The notes beneath the pieces were generated by a model, which was given only the letters and a program-made list of their open reading frames with translations, made no database searches and was not told where the DNA came from. Source: Octopus sinensis (taxonomy: Eukaryota). From it: a DNA stretch of 64,000 nt. The DNA lies in contig NC_043002.1 of assembly GCF_006345805.1 (NCBI RefSeq), forward strand, positions 24,490,001-24,554,000. Direction: 5' to 3'. A program made the position numbers and the translations under genes. Of the stretch, positions 24,251-39,188 are shown piece by piece (within the stretch, counting starts at the first letter, position 1; every line of letters begins with the position of its first letter).

Positions 24251-26158
24251 CGTATAGATATATAATGGGTTTCTTCTGTGAGCCCATGAAACTTTTAAGT
24301 TATATGGAGCTGAGTCAAACTTATTAAATTATGTGTGCATGCATATGTGTGTGTGTACTTGCATAGGAGTGCTAATAAATCTGTATATCAAACAAAAATA
24401 CATTTTATCATTTATTCGATGTTGGTTCTACCCCTTTATATCAAGGAGGATTTAGCCATTTGCTAAATTGACCATAATCTAAAACCTCTGAAGTTGATGT
24501 CCTAAGACTGAAAGCAGTAAAGAGATATGCACACGTGTGTGTGTGTATGTATGCATGTATGTATATATGTATATATATCTGTATATATCAATGTGTCTGT
24601 CTGTCTTTCCCTCTCTCCTCCCCTCTCTCTCTATATATATATATATGTAGAAGGCTAGCTTGTGACCTTATTCAAGAATTGGTTTAATGCGGTGGTTATG
24701 ATTAGATTGTATAAGATTACGATGTGAATTAACAGACTGTAACAGTGAAATGAGAGAATGAAGGTATAATGAAATATGATGAGTATCCAGAACTGTGGCC
24801 AATTACCTAAGAAAACATCAAAAGAAAAGAGTGGAATAGAAGAAGACTGTAAAAACATCAATCCCCACCCCTACTAAAAAAAATGCACACACTTCAGCGT
24901 GTAAGAACTATCCAGTCACTGAGTGACTTGTAACAGACACAGGGTAGTAGAATAGTGGTTCCCATGCTGATAAATATCAGGGTGGCCCGACAATAAAATA
25001 TTAGTGACATATTTTACCTACTTTTTCCTTTAATTTATAAGAATGATTTCTTTATTTTTATTACTTTTATGCAGTATGCTTTGCATCCATATAAGTTTTC
25101 TTTCTTCACCATAATGCATCCATTTAATTCTCTCTTTGCTTTGGTGCAGGATAAAACCATCTGAATTTTATTAAATGCAGCAATTTGTCTTCTTCCTTTT
25201 CCATGCTCATTGCCCTCCATCCCAGATAAGAAACACTGAGGTCAAGTACCAATGACTAGGTCATTGATGTATGATGGGAAAATTTTGGTATCTAATGATT
25301 TATCTGATTATAAAAATAATTGCTAGAGTACTGGACTAAAATGCCTAGTGGCTTTTAGTTATGTTTCTTTATGTTCTGTGTCCAAATTCCCCTAGAACTG
25401 ATTTTGCCTTTCATCCTTGTAGGTTTGATAAAGTAAATGTTAATAAAGAACTGGGGTTGTTCTTATCAGCTGAGCCCTCTTCCAAAATGAAGAACCTTGT
25501 GCCTGTTCTTTATTTCTTTTATTGCTTTCAGTTATTGGTATTCATCCATGCTGGAACACAATCTTCAAAGATTATAATTGATTAAATTGTCCTCAGTATC
25601 TTGTTTGGTACTCATTTTATCAACCTTGTAAGTTGGAAAGTAATGTTAACATCAATGTTAAGGGATGTAACCAGAAAGTAACCAAATACCACAAGGCATG
25701 TTGAACAAACTGATAATACCCTCTTATAGTGACTGACAAACATATACACGAATATATTTGCTTGTTTTGCATCTGTTTTTCCATACTAGCATGAGTTGGA
25801 TAAATATGTGTTGTAGTATTGTTTTATAACCAGATTCTTGTCATTTACCCTTACCTGTTTTACAAGTAATGGATATATTTCACTTGTCTTCAAAAGCACA
25901 ATTTGTTTGCAGGGAATATCACCATGTTTCTTTTCTTTTTACTCAGTGCTTTAGTGTTAAAATGCAGAAAGTAAACATTCATATATATATATGCATATGC
26001 ATGGACACACCACACACACATGCATGTGTATGTATATACAGACATATGAGTTACCATATTATTCCTCTGAAAAGGCATTGATTGTCCCAAGACTATATAT
26101 ATACATATATCTAAGTTTATAGTAGAAGACACCCACAATCCTTTATACAATACATATG

Positions 26159-26195
<37 letters not shown>

Positions 26196-26750
26196 CTGTG
26201 TTGTGTTTGTGTGTATAATACAACTTACAGTCTTCCATCCAGTTTCTTACTATCAAATTTCACTGAGAAGACATTGTCCAACTTGAGAATATTGTAGAAT
26301 ACACTTGCCCAGGATTTCATGCAGTAGGATGAAACCCAGATCTACATGGATGCAAAGCAAACTGCTTAACCACATAACCATTACTGCATCTTCTATATTA
26401 GAAATCATTGCAACAAAAGAATGCTAAAGTGAAAATAAATATAATGGTGAAATTGTGGAATTTGAAGAAACTTGTGATGGGTTACATTAGTAAACAGTCT
26501 TTTAAGTGGAATATGAATATGATTGATTCTGCCTGAAATATTAGACTGCTTTTCAGCAAAATTATTCATTCTGCTTCAGGAGGTTTTGTAATATTTGTAT
26601 GTCTTTTAAATGTCTGCAATGGCAGGCATAAGCATAGTTGTTTGGCAAGAAGTTTGCTTCCCAACCATATTGTTTCTGGTTCAATCCCATTGCATGGTAC
26701 CTTGGGTGAGTGTCTCCTACTATAAACTTAGGCTGACTAAAGCCTTGTGA

Positions 26751-26788
<38 letters not shown>

Positions 26789-26789
26789 T

Positions 26790-27095
26790 ATGCGCCCTTT
26801 TCAAGCCTAACCAGGCTCATGGGCCCGGTTTCCCAGTTTCTGTGGCGTATGTGCTTCCCCCAGCTGGACGGGACACCAGTCCATCGCAGCATTACTCAAG
26901 AAACAGGAAGAAAGAGTGAGAGAAAGTTGGGGTGAAAGATTACAACAGGGGTCGCCTCCCCCCCCCCCCGTGCCAGACCCTCATGGAGCTTTAGGTGTTT
27001 TCGCTCAATAAACACACACAACGCCCGGTCTGGGAATCGAAACTGCGTTCCTCCAACATCAAGTCCGCTGACCTGATCACTGGGCCATTGTGCCT
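26790..27095 (-). mobile_element. SINE family D (tail type 2)
   Basis: Reverse complement shares head and tail (GGGCCCATGAGCCTGG.TAGGCTT.AAAAGGGC) with 58167-58415. Confidence 0.8.
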
Positions 27096-27097
27096 CC

Positions 27098-27138
<41 letters not shown>

Positions 27139-27479
27139 GGAGGTAATGGGCATGTGTGTGTGTGTGCTATGCTCTCCTTGTCTTGACATTGCATGATAGT
27201 TGGAAACAAGTGTCACTGTCATGTCATGCAAGCATGTCCAGTCATGTGGAAATATTACCTCAATAGGAAACAAAAGATGACTGGTGACAGAAAGATTATC
27301 CGGCTGTAGAAAATTTTCCTTAACAAATTCTGTCTAACCCATGCAAGCATTGAAATGTGGATGTTAAAACTATGATGTTGATGATGATGATGATGATTTT
27401 ACCATGGTACAACTGTTGTAGTTTTAACACATGACTTGAGAGCTAATCACTTGCCTAACAAGACAGAAATATAGAATAT

Positions 27480-27760
27480 CTACAAGAGTCACTGCTTCTT
27501 TGAACCAGTTAGCCCCTTGCCCTAGTCACACAGGCCCTCCCAACACAGCCATCTGTTTCCTTCCGGTCACTCCTATAATGTCTTGATCCATATTTCAGCT
27601 CTCTGGAACCCTCTGGAACTACCTCCCCCTCTTCCTCTCTTACATGCAAACATTGACCTGCAGATGTTCATACTGAACATAACTACATCAACTTCACCAT
27701 TCTGGGTGATCCTACAAAGGTTATAAGGCCCTGTCACTCCTTCCTTACTAATTATTAAAA
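27480..27760 (+). mobile_element. CR1/L2/Jockey-like LINE 3' end relic
   Basis: HISALWNPL then, after a frameshift, ANIDLQMFILN; resembles LINE C-termini (by eye). Confidence 0.35.
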
Positions 27761-27769
27761 AATTATATG

Positions 27770-28464
27770 CTTATGTATTATGTATGTATGTGTATATATA
27801 TATATATATACATACATACATACATACATATATATATATGTACAAACAAAATATGTATTCACTGGTACACATACATACACTATATATATGTATACACACA
27901 AATATACATATAAAGATGTGTATATACATATATGTGTGTGTGTATGTGTATATATATATATATATATATATCCAGTAACATCATATTTATATAAAGAAAA
28001 ATGTGTGTGTGAATTAGTATGTGTCTGTAAAATACACTGCACTCATGTGTCTTGTTTACGCACTGCTGGCCTGAATTCTTTTAATGAGGGTAGTTGTGAG
28101 TTTTTGGGGTAATGTGTGTCGGTAGGATGAGGAGGCAATACGAAAATACTTTGTTCCTCTCCTCTGTCTTTGCTTCACTCTAACTTTCTATTTACTTTCT
28201 CATTTTTTCTCCCTCACACTCTCTCTTAGTATATATACACACATACCTATGCATCTCTGTGTCTTTTTTACATCATCTTATCTCTTCTTCATTCTTCATA
28301 ACTTAATGTGAATTCAGTTATCTTAATATTATCTCACTGTCTGTGTACATCTCTCTGGCTTATATATATGAATATATATATATGTATGTATATATATATA
28401 TATGTATGTATATATATGTATATGTATATATATGTATATGTATATATATATATGTATATATATG

Positions 28465-28517
<53 letters not shown>

Positions 28518-28581
28518 ATATATATATGTGTGTGTATATATATATATGTGTGTGTATATATATATATATGTGTGTGTGTAT

Positions 28582-28648
<67 letters not shown>

Positions 28649-28650
28649 AA
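27770..28650. repeat. (TA)n/(TG)n compound microsatellite arrays
   Basis: Directly visible. Confidence 0.95.
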
Positions 28651-29499
28651 CTGATTTGGACCACAAAACCTCGTTCAGTTCATGCCATCAGGAAAGCAAA
28701 CATAAAAGATCATAATGATAATACACATGCACACACATACACTCAGACAGACACACACACACACACACACACAATCTGTCTTTCCTACCTGTCTGTTATT
28801 GGCATCTGAATATATGTATATGTATCTCTCTATCAGTCCTTCTCTCATATCCAACAAACTAGTTTATCCATCCATCCATCCACCCACCCATCCATCCATT
28901 CATCCATCAACCAACCACATGTATATAACCACCAGCTGCACCAAAACAACATCCTGTTTAATGGAAGCCTTCATCCTCCTCTGTTTCTGTGTAGTTCAAC
29001 CCTCAGCAGCCTCTGTAAAGAATTTGCCTTCACCAGCTTCACCATTATCACCACCATCTTCATCCTCCTTTTTCATTCTCTTCCTTGTAGATTCATTCAG
29101 CGCTCCTTGCTAGAATTGGCTATTTCCGTTTGTATGTATGCATGTGGGGGTGTGTGTATGTATCTGTGTAGGTGACTGTGTTTCCTAGAAAATGAAGAGG
29201 GTTGTAGTGTTTCATTCAGTCAAATTGCTAAAGTGTAATTGCCTCATTTGGTAATGTGTGTGTGTGTGTGTGTGAGTGGGTTTATAATTAACTGTTATTA
29301 TTTTTTAAATTCTAATTTCTTTTATATAATACAAAAGATGGGTTTGATTTTTTTCTTGTGTTTTCATTGTTGTAAATATTAGCAGGATAAGTGTGATAAA
29401 TAACCTATTATCAATATTTCTCATTAAGAAAATACGAGAAAGAAATAAGCTCAGCCTTTTATTATTTAAATATGTATGAAGTCAGCATTTTTTAATGAT

Positions 29500-29568
<69 letters not shown>

Positions 29569-29948
29569 TTGTTATCATCATCACTGTCACCATCACCATC
29601 ACCATTTTTACATTTGTTTTCATTGCTGGCTTCAGTTGAATGGGTCATGCTGGTCTGAGTCAGTTCTTATTTAGAGTTACTGCACTCCTAGACAAATTAC
29701 ATGTCTCAGATATAAGAATGGTTTCTATGGCTAGATGCCCTTCCTAACACCACATATATATATATATAGACAAACAGAAAGACAGACAGACAGATAGATA
29801 TAGATTTAACAGCTGTCTTCTATGCTAGCATGGGTTGGATGATTTGACAGGAGTTAACAAGCCAGAAGACTGCACCAAGCTTCACTGTTTTGGCATAGTT
29901 TATATGGTCGGATGCCCTTCCTAATGCCAGCCACTTTACAGATTGAAC

Positions 29949-29987
<39 letters not shown>

Positions 29988-30886
29988 ACACACATGCATG
30001 CATATCTATATTCACCCCCCTTTTTCTCTCTTTTTGTATGTATATATATATATATAATGTGTGTGTGTATATATATATGTATATATACACACACACACAC
30101 ATATGTAAGGACATACATCCTTGCACACACACACACAATACATACATACTTATATATGTGCACATACACACATGCATGTATTTACAGACGTGTGTGTATG
30201 CGTGCGTGCGTGCAGGTGTGTATAATCCTAAACTATGCAAACAAGCATACCTTAATTTAATTTTCTATGTCTCATTCTGTATCTTTGCCTGTCTAATCTA
30301 TTTGTCTTTCTATTTATTTCTCTTTCTGTCTGTCTGTCTATCTATTTGTCCATTTGACTTTCTCTCTTTATGTCTGTCTGACTCTCTGTGTATCAGTCTA
30401 TCTGTCCGTTTTTTTCTAATCGTCTGTTTGTTTATATCTATCTGTCTGTCTATTTTATCTGTCTCTCTATTAATCCACCTATCTATTAATCCACGGCAAC
30501 AACACACACACAGACATACAGTCTTTCCGAACACAATTTCTTCCATTACTATTAGTACCATTCTAAACAGAGGCAACTACTATCATCCATCCCCACCCCT
30601 GTTGTATATCACCACCACCATCGCAACCCATTGGTTCTGCTATCATCTAAAGCACCTACCAAAACAACTTCAACCCCAAATATTTGAGTAAACACTCAGT
30701 ATTTTGTTATTATTACGATAAATCCAACCACAATGTAACAATGAGATTAGAGAAGCCTCCATGCGGTTGCTCTTCTTGCTAGCAATATCTGACAATACTC
30801 CTCCTGTTAAAGATGTTATTGGATAATGTGGTTCTCTCTCTGCCTTTGTCTCTGTGTCTGTCTATCTGTGTCTGTCTGTCTGTCTG

Positions 30887-30919
<33 letters not shown>

Positions 30920-30928
30920 GTCTCTGTC

Positions 30929-30975
<47 letters not shown>

Positions 30976-32876
30976 TTATATGCACACACACAAATACTAT
31001 ATCTGAAAAGAAAAGGCAGGCTGGTCATGGTTGGAATACCTTTGATCATAGGTCTTCTCCAGATCTATGGCTAACAAAGAAAAAAAGAAAAACACCAACA
31101 ATACTACCAACAAAAAAGAATGTCGTCTCACAAAATAGTTAAAAATTCCCTTTTCCATTATTTTTGCAACTCTGTAAACGCAAAACATATGCACACTCAC
31201 TCACATACACCATACACTTACACACACTACACACATTCACACAAGCTTACATATCCACGCATATACAGACACATATCCACACTCATACATACACAACTAC
31301 ATACATTCACGTTCAGATGTGTACTTTTACTTTTAGACACACATTCACACATGACTTTTAGATGCACATTCACACACGCGCTGGGCTGGGGGTACGCATG
31401 CACGCACACACATTTACATAAACATTCTCTTACACATATACATACATACACATTGTTTCTTTTTTATCACACATTCTCTCTCACCATTTCTTTTGACGAA
31501 AGAACATGCACATGTGTATATATCTGAGATGGGGTGGGGGTATGTTTGAGTATGGAAACGAAGTGGAAGTGGTAGGAGTGTTAAAGAGTGGAGGGTATGA
31601 ATGGTAGCGGGGTGAGAAACTTGCTCTTTTTTTTTTCTCTTCAAGGGGTAAAGTCTACCCTGTTTTCTTGACTATTTAAAAAGAAAGCCCTTCCCTCAAC
31701 ATGATTTTGTGTCTGGTGGTGGAGGTGGTGGGGTGAGAAGGATATAAGGGTGGGCACAAAAGGGGTGGATAGTTGACATGAAAAAGTTGCTCCAGTTTTT
31801 TTTTCTCTTTATCTGTTCATGTGCATGTCTATGGGTGTGTCTGTATGACCATGTGTCTGTATGTTTGCCTCTCTGTCTCAGCATGTGGTTGTGTGTACCT
31901 TTTCCTGACAGTATGTGTGTTTTCCTACCTGTGTGTGTGTGTTAGCTCTGCTTGTTTATAAATCTTTGTGTATCAATGTGGTGTGTGTGTGTGCTTGTCT
32001 ATCTGCCTGTCTGCCTGTGTGTCGGTGCTCTGTAAATGCATTTGTCTCTGTCTGAATGTCTGTCTGGGTCTCCCTGAGTGAATAACTTAGCCCATTTAGG
32101 GAGTTTGGTCCACATTGTTAAATTACTAAAAACATCTCCAGACAATGAAAGAGACTCTACATAGCTGCTTGACCTGCTAGAAACAATTGCCAAATCACAA
32201 TCGACTGTCATTAAAATGTAAAGGACACATTGTATAATATAATCCCAGATATACAAAAGGACAGGATGGTCAGTCATGGCTGAAACATTTTTGGTCACAG
32301 ATTTATTTAGTCAGGTTTGACCTGGGGCTAAACTACAACCTAAAACATTCTGAGCCAATGAAGTTACTGGGCTTTTTTAGAAATAGCAGGTAGGTTTACC
32401 TCAAACCAAGTTCTAGCATCTTATAAAAAAAAAAAGAGCATACTGTATAAGAAGTCCTAGGTACCTTATTCATGAAAGCAACTCAAAGTGATCATGACTG
32501 GAATGCCCTTGATTATAAGTCTGCTCAGAGTTGACCAATGGTTAAACAATAACAGTAACAACAACAAAAGCAAGCTATTTACCTGTTTAGAGGTAAAAAA
32601 TATCCTCCCGTTTGACATTACGGGTCGATTAATTAAGTACCAGTTGCGTACTGTGGTCGATCTAATTGACTGGCCCCCTCCCCCCAAATTTCAGGCCTTG
32701 TGCCTAGAGTAGAAAAGATTACATTGCAAGTTTGCATCCACAGCAGACACTCCATTGTCTTTCTCTCTAGGTTGGATGCTGTAGATATTTAAAATAAATA
32801 TTAGAGCAAATCAGGTTATCCTGTGGTAGATCAATTCTCTACCCAGAGAGACATTTGTCTTTCATTTACAAATACC

Positions 32877-33290
32877 ATCATCATCATCATCATCATTGTT
32901 TAACATACGTTTTCCATGCTAGTATGGGTTGGACGGTTCGACTGGGGTCTGGGAAGCCAGGAGGCTGCGCCAGGCTCCAGTCTGATCTGGCAGTGTTTCT
33001 ACAGCTTGATGCCCTTCCTAATGCCAACCACTCCGTGAGTGTAGTGGGTGCTTTTTACATGCCACCAGCACAGGGGCCAGAAGAGGCTGGCAAACAGCCA
33101 CAATCGGTTGGTGCATTTTACGTGTCACCAACACGGACACCAGTCAGGCGGTGCTGGCATCGGCCACATTTGGTTGGTGCTTTTTATGTGCCACCAGCAT
33201 GGGTGTCATAACTACAATTTTCATTTGATTTTTACTTTGATGTTGATATACTTGACTGAATAGGTCTCTTCAAGCACAAAGGGTCTCCTC
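32877..33290 (-). mobile_element. RTE LINE 3' UTR copy (family C) with ~3 internal minisatellite units
   Basis: (CAT)n tail, CCATGCTAGTATGGGTTGGACGG, GATGCCCTTCCTAATGCCAACCAC, GGTGC.TTTTA.GTG(C/T)CACC repeats. Confidence 0.85.
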
Positions 33291-34004
33291 GCCATTATGT
33301 AAAAAAAAATAAATAAATAGATAAGAACTGGCTTTTAAAAACCCCTCGGAACTTATGAAGCTATTTACATTTTTATATTAAGAACTGCTATAACATCATA
33401 GAAGTGATTTGACCGAATGGATAAGGTCTTGCTAGGTTAGGAGTTCTAATCTACTGCAATTGAATTGTGTTCCTGAGCCAAAAATAAAACAAAGCAAATA
33501 AGTACAGGCATAACTATGTAGTTAAGAAGTTAGTCTCACACTCATTTGGGTCTGGGTTCAATATCACTGCATGGCTCCTGAAGCAAGTGTCTTTTGTTGT
33601 AGTCTTGAGGTGACCAGTGCCTTGTGAGCAGAATTTAGTGGACACAAAATGTGAAGAAGTCCATCGTATGTGTATGTGTTTGTGGGAGTCCGTTCATATT
33701 TCCCCCTCGTCTTCACGTGTTCAGTAGTTGTTAACAATGAAGTGTTATTGGCTTGTATACTGCAAAAACACATTCAGGCTTCTTAACTTGTCTGATCTTT
33801 GTAAGCAAAAGGCTCATTTGTTTCCAGTTTTTCTAATGACCAAATCCGAGCTGTTTGTTGTTTGACAGATTGGGAGATTATTACCTTGTTTGGACACAGG
33901 TTAGGCTTGGTGCCAGGTCAGGCATCTGGCTCCATCTTACTCATGTCTGATTTGTGTAAGCATAGAAAAATAGATGTTAAAACCATGATGATGATGATGA
34001 TACA

Positions 34005-34046
<42 letters not shown>

Positions 34047-36689
34047 TACATACATTCACATACACACATGTATATGTAATTTTAGTTTTAGATTCTATTA
34101 GAAATTGAAGGAACTACAAAGTAAGGTACCCAATGTATCAAGTTGTGTCTATTAGTTTATCTATGTTAAGTTACTCTTAGAGGACTATCATAGTTGCATT
34201 CCTGGGGAAGTCATCAGAGAGTCTCTGATATAATTTTCAAGAATATAACAGTACTGATTCTGAAAGAGGTACCATTAAATAAATAAATGTATGTGTGTGT
34301 TTTTGTGTATACAGGTGTAAAACGGTGGTGCCTTCCTTTACATCAAAAAGTGATGTAATTATGCTATCAATATAGATCAATAAAATATGCATGAGGATAT
34401 ATGATAAAGTAAATGCCCTTGAAGACAGTGCCCTAATATGGTGGCAGTCTAGTGACTGAAACCAGTGAAAATATAAATGAAAACTACTTTATTTTATGCT
34501 GTGTCAGTTTACCTTTCTTTCAAGAATAGATACAATATCATCTAAGAAGGTTACCTGTGATAGTGTAGGTTCCTATCCAGAAGATATGTCTCTTAATTGG
34601 ATATTACCAGGAAACCAAAGCTAAAATACATTTCTAGGTATTGGTGCTGGGTACCACGTCATACGAGATAATTAGAGAATGTTAACTTAAAATGGATTAG
34701 TATTTGAGTCCAGGAAGAGGATATAAGTTGTCTGTAATTCATTTAACTTCATGAATCAGACACTAAGCACTGATCCTTAAGATGTCTCACTCCTAGGAAT
34801 TCAGAGGCATTTACAGTTTTACATCAGGTGTCAAATACCTATAACATCTGTTGCCTATCTAACCATATATCTGCTTTGGTATTATTGCTGTTCTTTAGCC
34901 CTGGGTCTGATTGAGCAGACTTATGATCAAAGATGTTCCAGGAATGACCATCCTTTATTTTTCTGAGGCATTAAAAAGGAATGTATCCTTCTTTTTAAAT
35001 GTAATAGGGTGTGATTTGAAGGAAATTTGGCAGCTGTTGCCTAGTGAAGCTACCATGTGTTTTACATAGCTTCTCAAATAGCTAGCTATTATTAGTAATT
35101 ATACCATGTTCTATCCTTGTTAAATAATTTGTATATTCATTTCTATAAAGATATAACTATGTCATACACTTGAGGATTTAAGGGTATACATATCTGTGAA
35201 ATATTCAGTCATTTACATGCTAATTCAATTCAGAAAGATAAAGAAATGTATCTTATATTTATCTATGTATCTATCTATAAGTTATATATCTATTAATATG
35301 CCTGAGTCTATCTGTGTACCTGTATATATCTATCTAGCCATATAACTATCATTTTATCTATCTAGCTGCTTTGTATGTATGTATCGAGTGAATATACAGC
35401 CGTGGTCACGATAATGCTGTTAAAACATAACACATTTATATATAAAGATGGTGCTCCAGCATGGCCTTAAACATAATTGCTGAAAAAAATCAAAAAATAA
35501 ATAGAAAATATACTTTTACATGTTTATGTATATATCTCAGTGAGTCTATGTGTACACACACACACAAACACACACATACCACCATCATCATCATCATCAT
35601 TCACATATTGTATACATTTATATATACCCAAATACTTAGCAATTAAGTTGGAGCCAACACCCTCTGCCAGATGCTAGTTATGACATTCCCATCGACTGTC
35701 ATCTGAGAAGCTTCTGATAATATTTATTTCCTTCTGAGATTCAAAGATTAAAGATTTTGCTGTTTATCAACGCATTGCTAATCCACTCATGGGATTTGAT
35801 CCAGACTGACGGTCTTTCAGGATATGTCTTGTATTTTGACGAGAATTTGGTCTTCACTAATGATTTCTTATGTGATGTAGGTAGAGTAATGCATGCACAC
35901 ACACACACGCACAGAGACACACAGGAAGAGAAAGAGAGAAATGTGTATATATAAATTTGTGTAAATATCTTGTGTGTATGTCTGATCACACACATGCACA
36001 TATATACACGCATGTACATACACAACCCTCCATACACACAACACACACACACACAATGCGCACACACATGCACACATACATGAACACATACACTACCACA
36101 CGCACTCACATGCACATAGACACACACATACCCATACACACATGTACATGCATACCCACATGCACTCACGTACACACAAACATATAGGAATATAGATATA
36201 TACATAGAGAGAGACACACACATATACCCCTATACATGTGCATGTACACACACACACACACACACACACACAGTGTTACTACCACATGCACACACGCTAC
36301 TACGCACACACGCTACTACACACACACGCTACTACACACACACGCAACCACACACACACACCCTACCACACATGCACACATACACACACACACACACCAC
36401 TTTCACACTCTCCTGTCTCAGAAACTACTTTATCTCCTTCCACTTCCGGTCAGTTCAGAAATGTAACCACACGTGGACTGTTGATGATTTTTCCTTACTT
36501 TTCCTTCCTTCTCTCAATGGATCTTCCTGTTACCAACAAAGAGCTATGCCCGAAACATTAAGAACAACTCTTTCCTTTCACCGAGTGTTTAATTAATATA
36601 TTTCTTGTGCATGTCCTCACATTCATTTTCTTTTCTTTTTTTCTGTTTTTTAATTGTTTGTTTATTTGAATTAACTATATATATGTATA

Positions 36690-37045
36690 TCATCATCATC
36701 ATTTAACGTCCATTTTCCATACTGGCATGGGTTGGACAGTTTGACTGGGGTCTGGGAAGCCAGGAGGCTGCACCAGGCTCCAGTCTGATCTGGCAATGTT
36801 TCTACAGCTGGATGCCCTTCCTAACATCAACTACTCCAAAAGTGTAGAGGGTGCTTTTTTACGTACCACCGGCACAGGGGCCAGAGGGGCTGGCATCAGC
36901 GATGATTGGATGGTGCTTTTTATGTGCCACTGGCACGGAAGCCAGTCAAGGCAGCGCTGGCATTGGCCACATTCGGATGGTGCTTTTTACATGCCACCAG
37001 CATGGGAATCACGACTACAATTGCCACTTGATTGTGATTTGATTT
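36690..37045 (-). mobile_element. RTE LINE 3' UTR copy (family C)
   Basis: Same structure as 32877-33290. Confidence 0.85.
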
Positions 37046-37111
37046 GATTTTGATCACCATGATAGATCGTTAGCCACTACACACATTTTTTTCTCTCCTT
37101 TTTTTTTCTGT

Positions 37112-37153
37112 GTCCCTTTCTGTAGAAGAGCGTAGGCTCGAAACGTAAAAGAC
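37112..37153 (+). ncRNA. Minimal type I hammerhead ribozyme (variant core) in a solo terminal-repeat unit (~37060-37250)
   Basis: GTCC CTTT CTGTAGA A GAGC GTAG GCTC GAAAC GTA AAAG AC: perfect stem II, ACGT stem III, CTTT/AAAG stem I. Confidence 0.75.
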
Positions 37154-38595
37154 TTTTTCTATTCCTGAGCGTTTATACTAATACATCTGTTTGTTTTGTA
37201 CACCACCTGTCTTCGTCTTTTGTTTTTTTCGTAAATTCTCCCTATATATATATACTCAGTAAATATCTGCTTTCATACCAGCATGTGCATACATATGTAC
37301 ATACTTACATACATGCATTTATGCATATATACATATACGCATAAACATATATATATATATATATGTATGTACATGTATGCACACACGCACTTATCATTAT
37401 CATCATTTTACATCCTTTCTCTATTCAGGCATGGTTTAATTGAATCATTACTGTGTGAATTCTTTATCCAGAGTTACTGCTCTCCTGGACAGGCTAGAGG
37501 ATCACATCTTGTTTATATGTTTCATTTTTACCTTCATTTCTGCAACTATATGCCTTTCCTTACACAAATCTCTTTACAGAATGTCTTTTTCCAAGGCACC
37601 AGCACTGGAGTGGTTACTTTGTTCTTGAGAAGACCAAAAACATTGCAACTGTACATCTTCACTTGCTTGCCAACCACTTTACTGAATGATTTATAGTAAC
37701 ATCACCACTTGTTTCTTTCTACTAAATTTCACTTGCAAGACATTAGTTGACCTGATTCTTTAGTGGATGACATTTTAACTGCCATTCAGTATATTGTTAT
37801 ATGAACTTCTTCATCCTGCAGTCATGTCTGCTTATATGTGTGTGTGTATGTAATGTAGATATCAAAAATATATGAAAACAAAATCGTAACAAAAGCATAA
37901 AAAATTATATTTGTGATTTAAATGTTCAAAGGTTTTCTGGATCACTGTGTGTGTTTGTGTGCATGTGTGTATGTATGTGTGTGTGTGTGTGTGAATGTGT
38001 GTGTGAATGTGTGTGAATGTGTGTGTGTGTGAATGTGTGTGTATACCTTGCAACATTTAGTTATACTCTTTTATGATTTTAGTTCCAATCCTGTGAGAAT
38101 TGACTCTATTTTTCATTCTAGAGTCACTAAAATCATTATCATGACCACCACTACCCACCACCACCGTGATCATCATTGAAATAAAATCAAGGCCTACAGA
38201 GCAACTAGAGCATCAAGCCGTTGCTCCTCTTATGCATATTGTCCTGATGCAAAAACCTATCCTGAAAAACCTAAGGAGAATCCAACCATAGCCAGTGTAG
38301 TGACATCTTACTAAACTACCTGACCATGGACGAATTGTCCACATTTTAACACCATACCCAAGATCTTGATAGTGTGATACCAATGACAAAGCAACTCAGA
38401 TAATTGCAACCATTGTCTGACATCAAAGACATAGACAGTATATAGCACACTTCTTTTAACAACTCGAGATGCTAACTTGAAGTCTGTGGAGGAAAGGAGT
38501 AACATAATTTACCCTTTACAATTTGACTTTCTTGATAAGATAAATAAGATAAGTACCAGTGATATACTTGAGTTGGTTTAAATGCTTGTCTAACT

Positions 38596-39188
38596 CAGGG
38601 ATCCCTAACCAATAAGCTGTAGACCTGTATCAGTCCATAGATCATTTGGTACCAGGCTGCACAAATAGAATAGATTTTTAAATTCTATTTCTACTTTATT
38701 GACTAATGCAGTCTGCTGGGTGTTTTTGCATTATACTGTATATGTTTTTTTTCTTTTATTTTGCTGGAGCACTGCATTTAGTCAAACAACTTGACTCCAG
38801 GACATATTCTTTGTAAGCCTAGTACTTATTCTGAATTACTAAGTTACGGGGACGTAAATACACTAACATTAGTTGTCAGGAGGGGACAAACAGACAAACA
38901 CAGACACACAAACACACACACACACATGATGGGCTTCTTTCAGTTTCCATCTACCAAATCCACTTATAAGGGTTTGGTCAACCCGAGGCTATAGTAGAAG
39001 ACACTTGCCTGAGGTGCCATGCAGTAGGACTGAACCCAGAACCATGTGGTTGATAAACAAGCTACTTACCACACAGCCACTCCTGTGCCTCTTATATATA
39101 TATAATAAATAAATTATATATTATGCACTTTATTGTGTTTTGTTATGCATGAAATCAGTCTGTGGTGCAAAAGGGTTGGGGACTGCTA
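38596..39188. mobile_element. hAT-like MITE with a family B SINE (38760-39095, -) inside
   Basis: Ends CAGGGATCCCTAACC and GGTTGGGGACTGCTA resemble Charlie-type MITE TIRs; no TSD seen. Confidence 0.5.

Noticed and set aside
33869-33899. 31-nt candidate exon in phase with the 18208 donor (DWEIITLFGH)
   Set aside because: Plausible splice sites, but such micro-exon candidates arise by chance in a 30-kb intron; no independent support.
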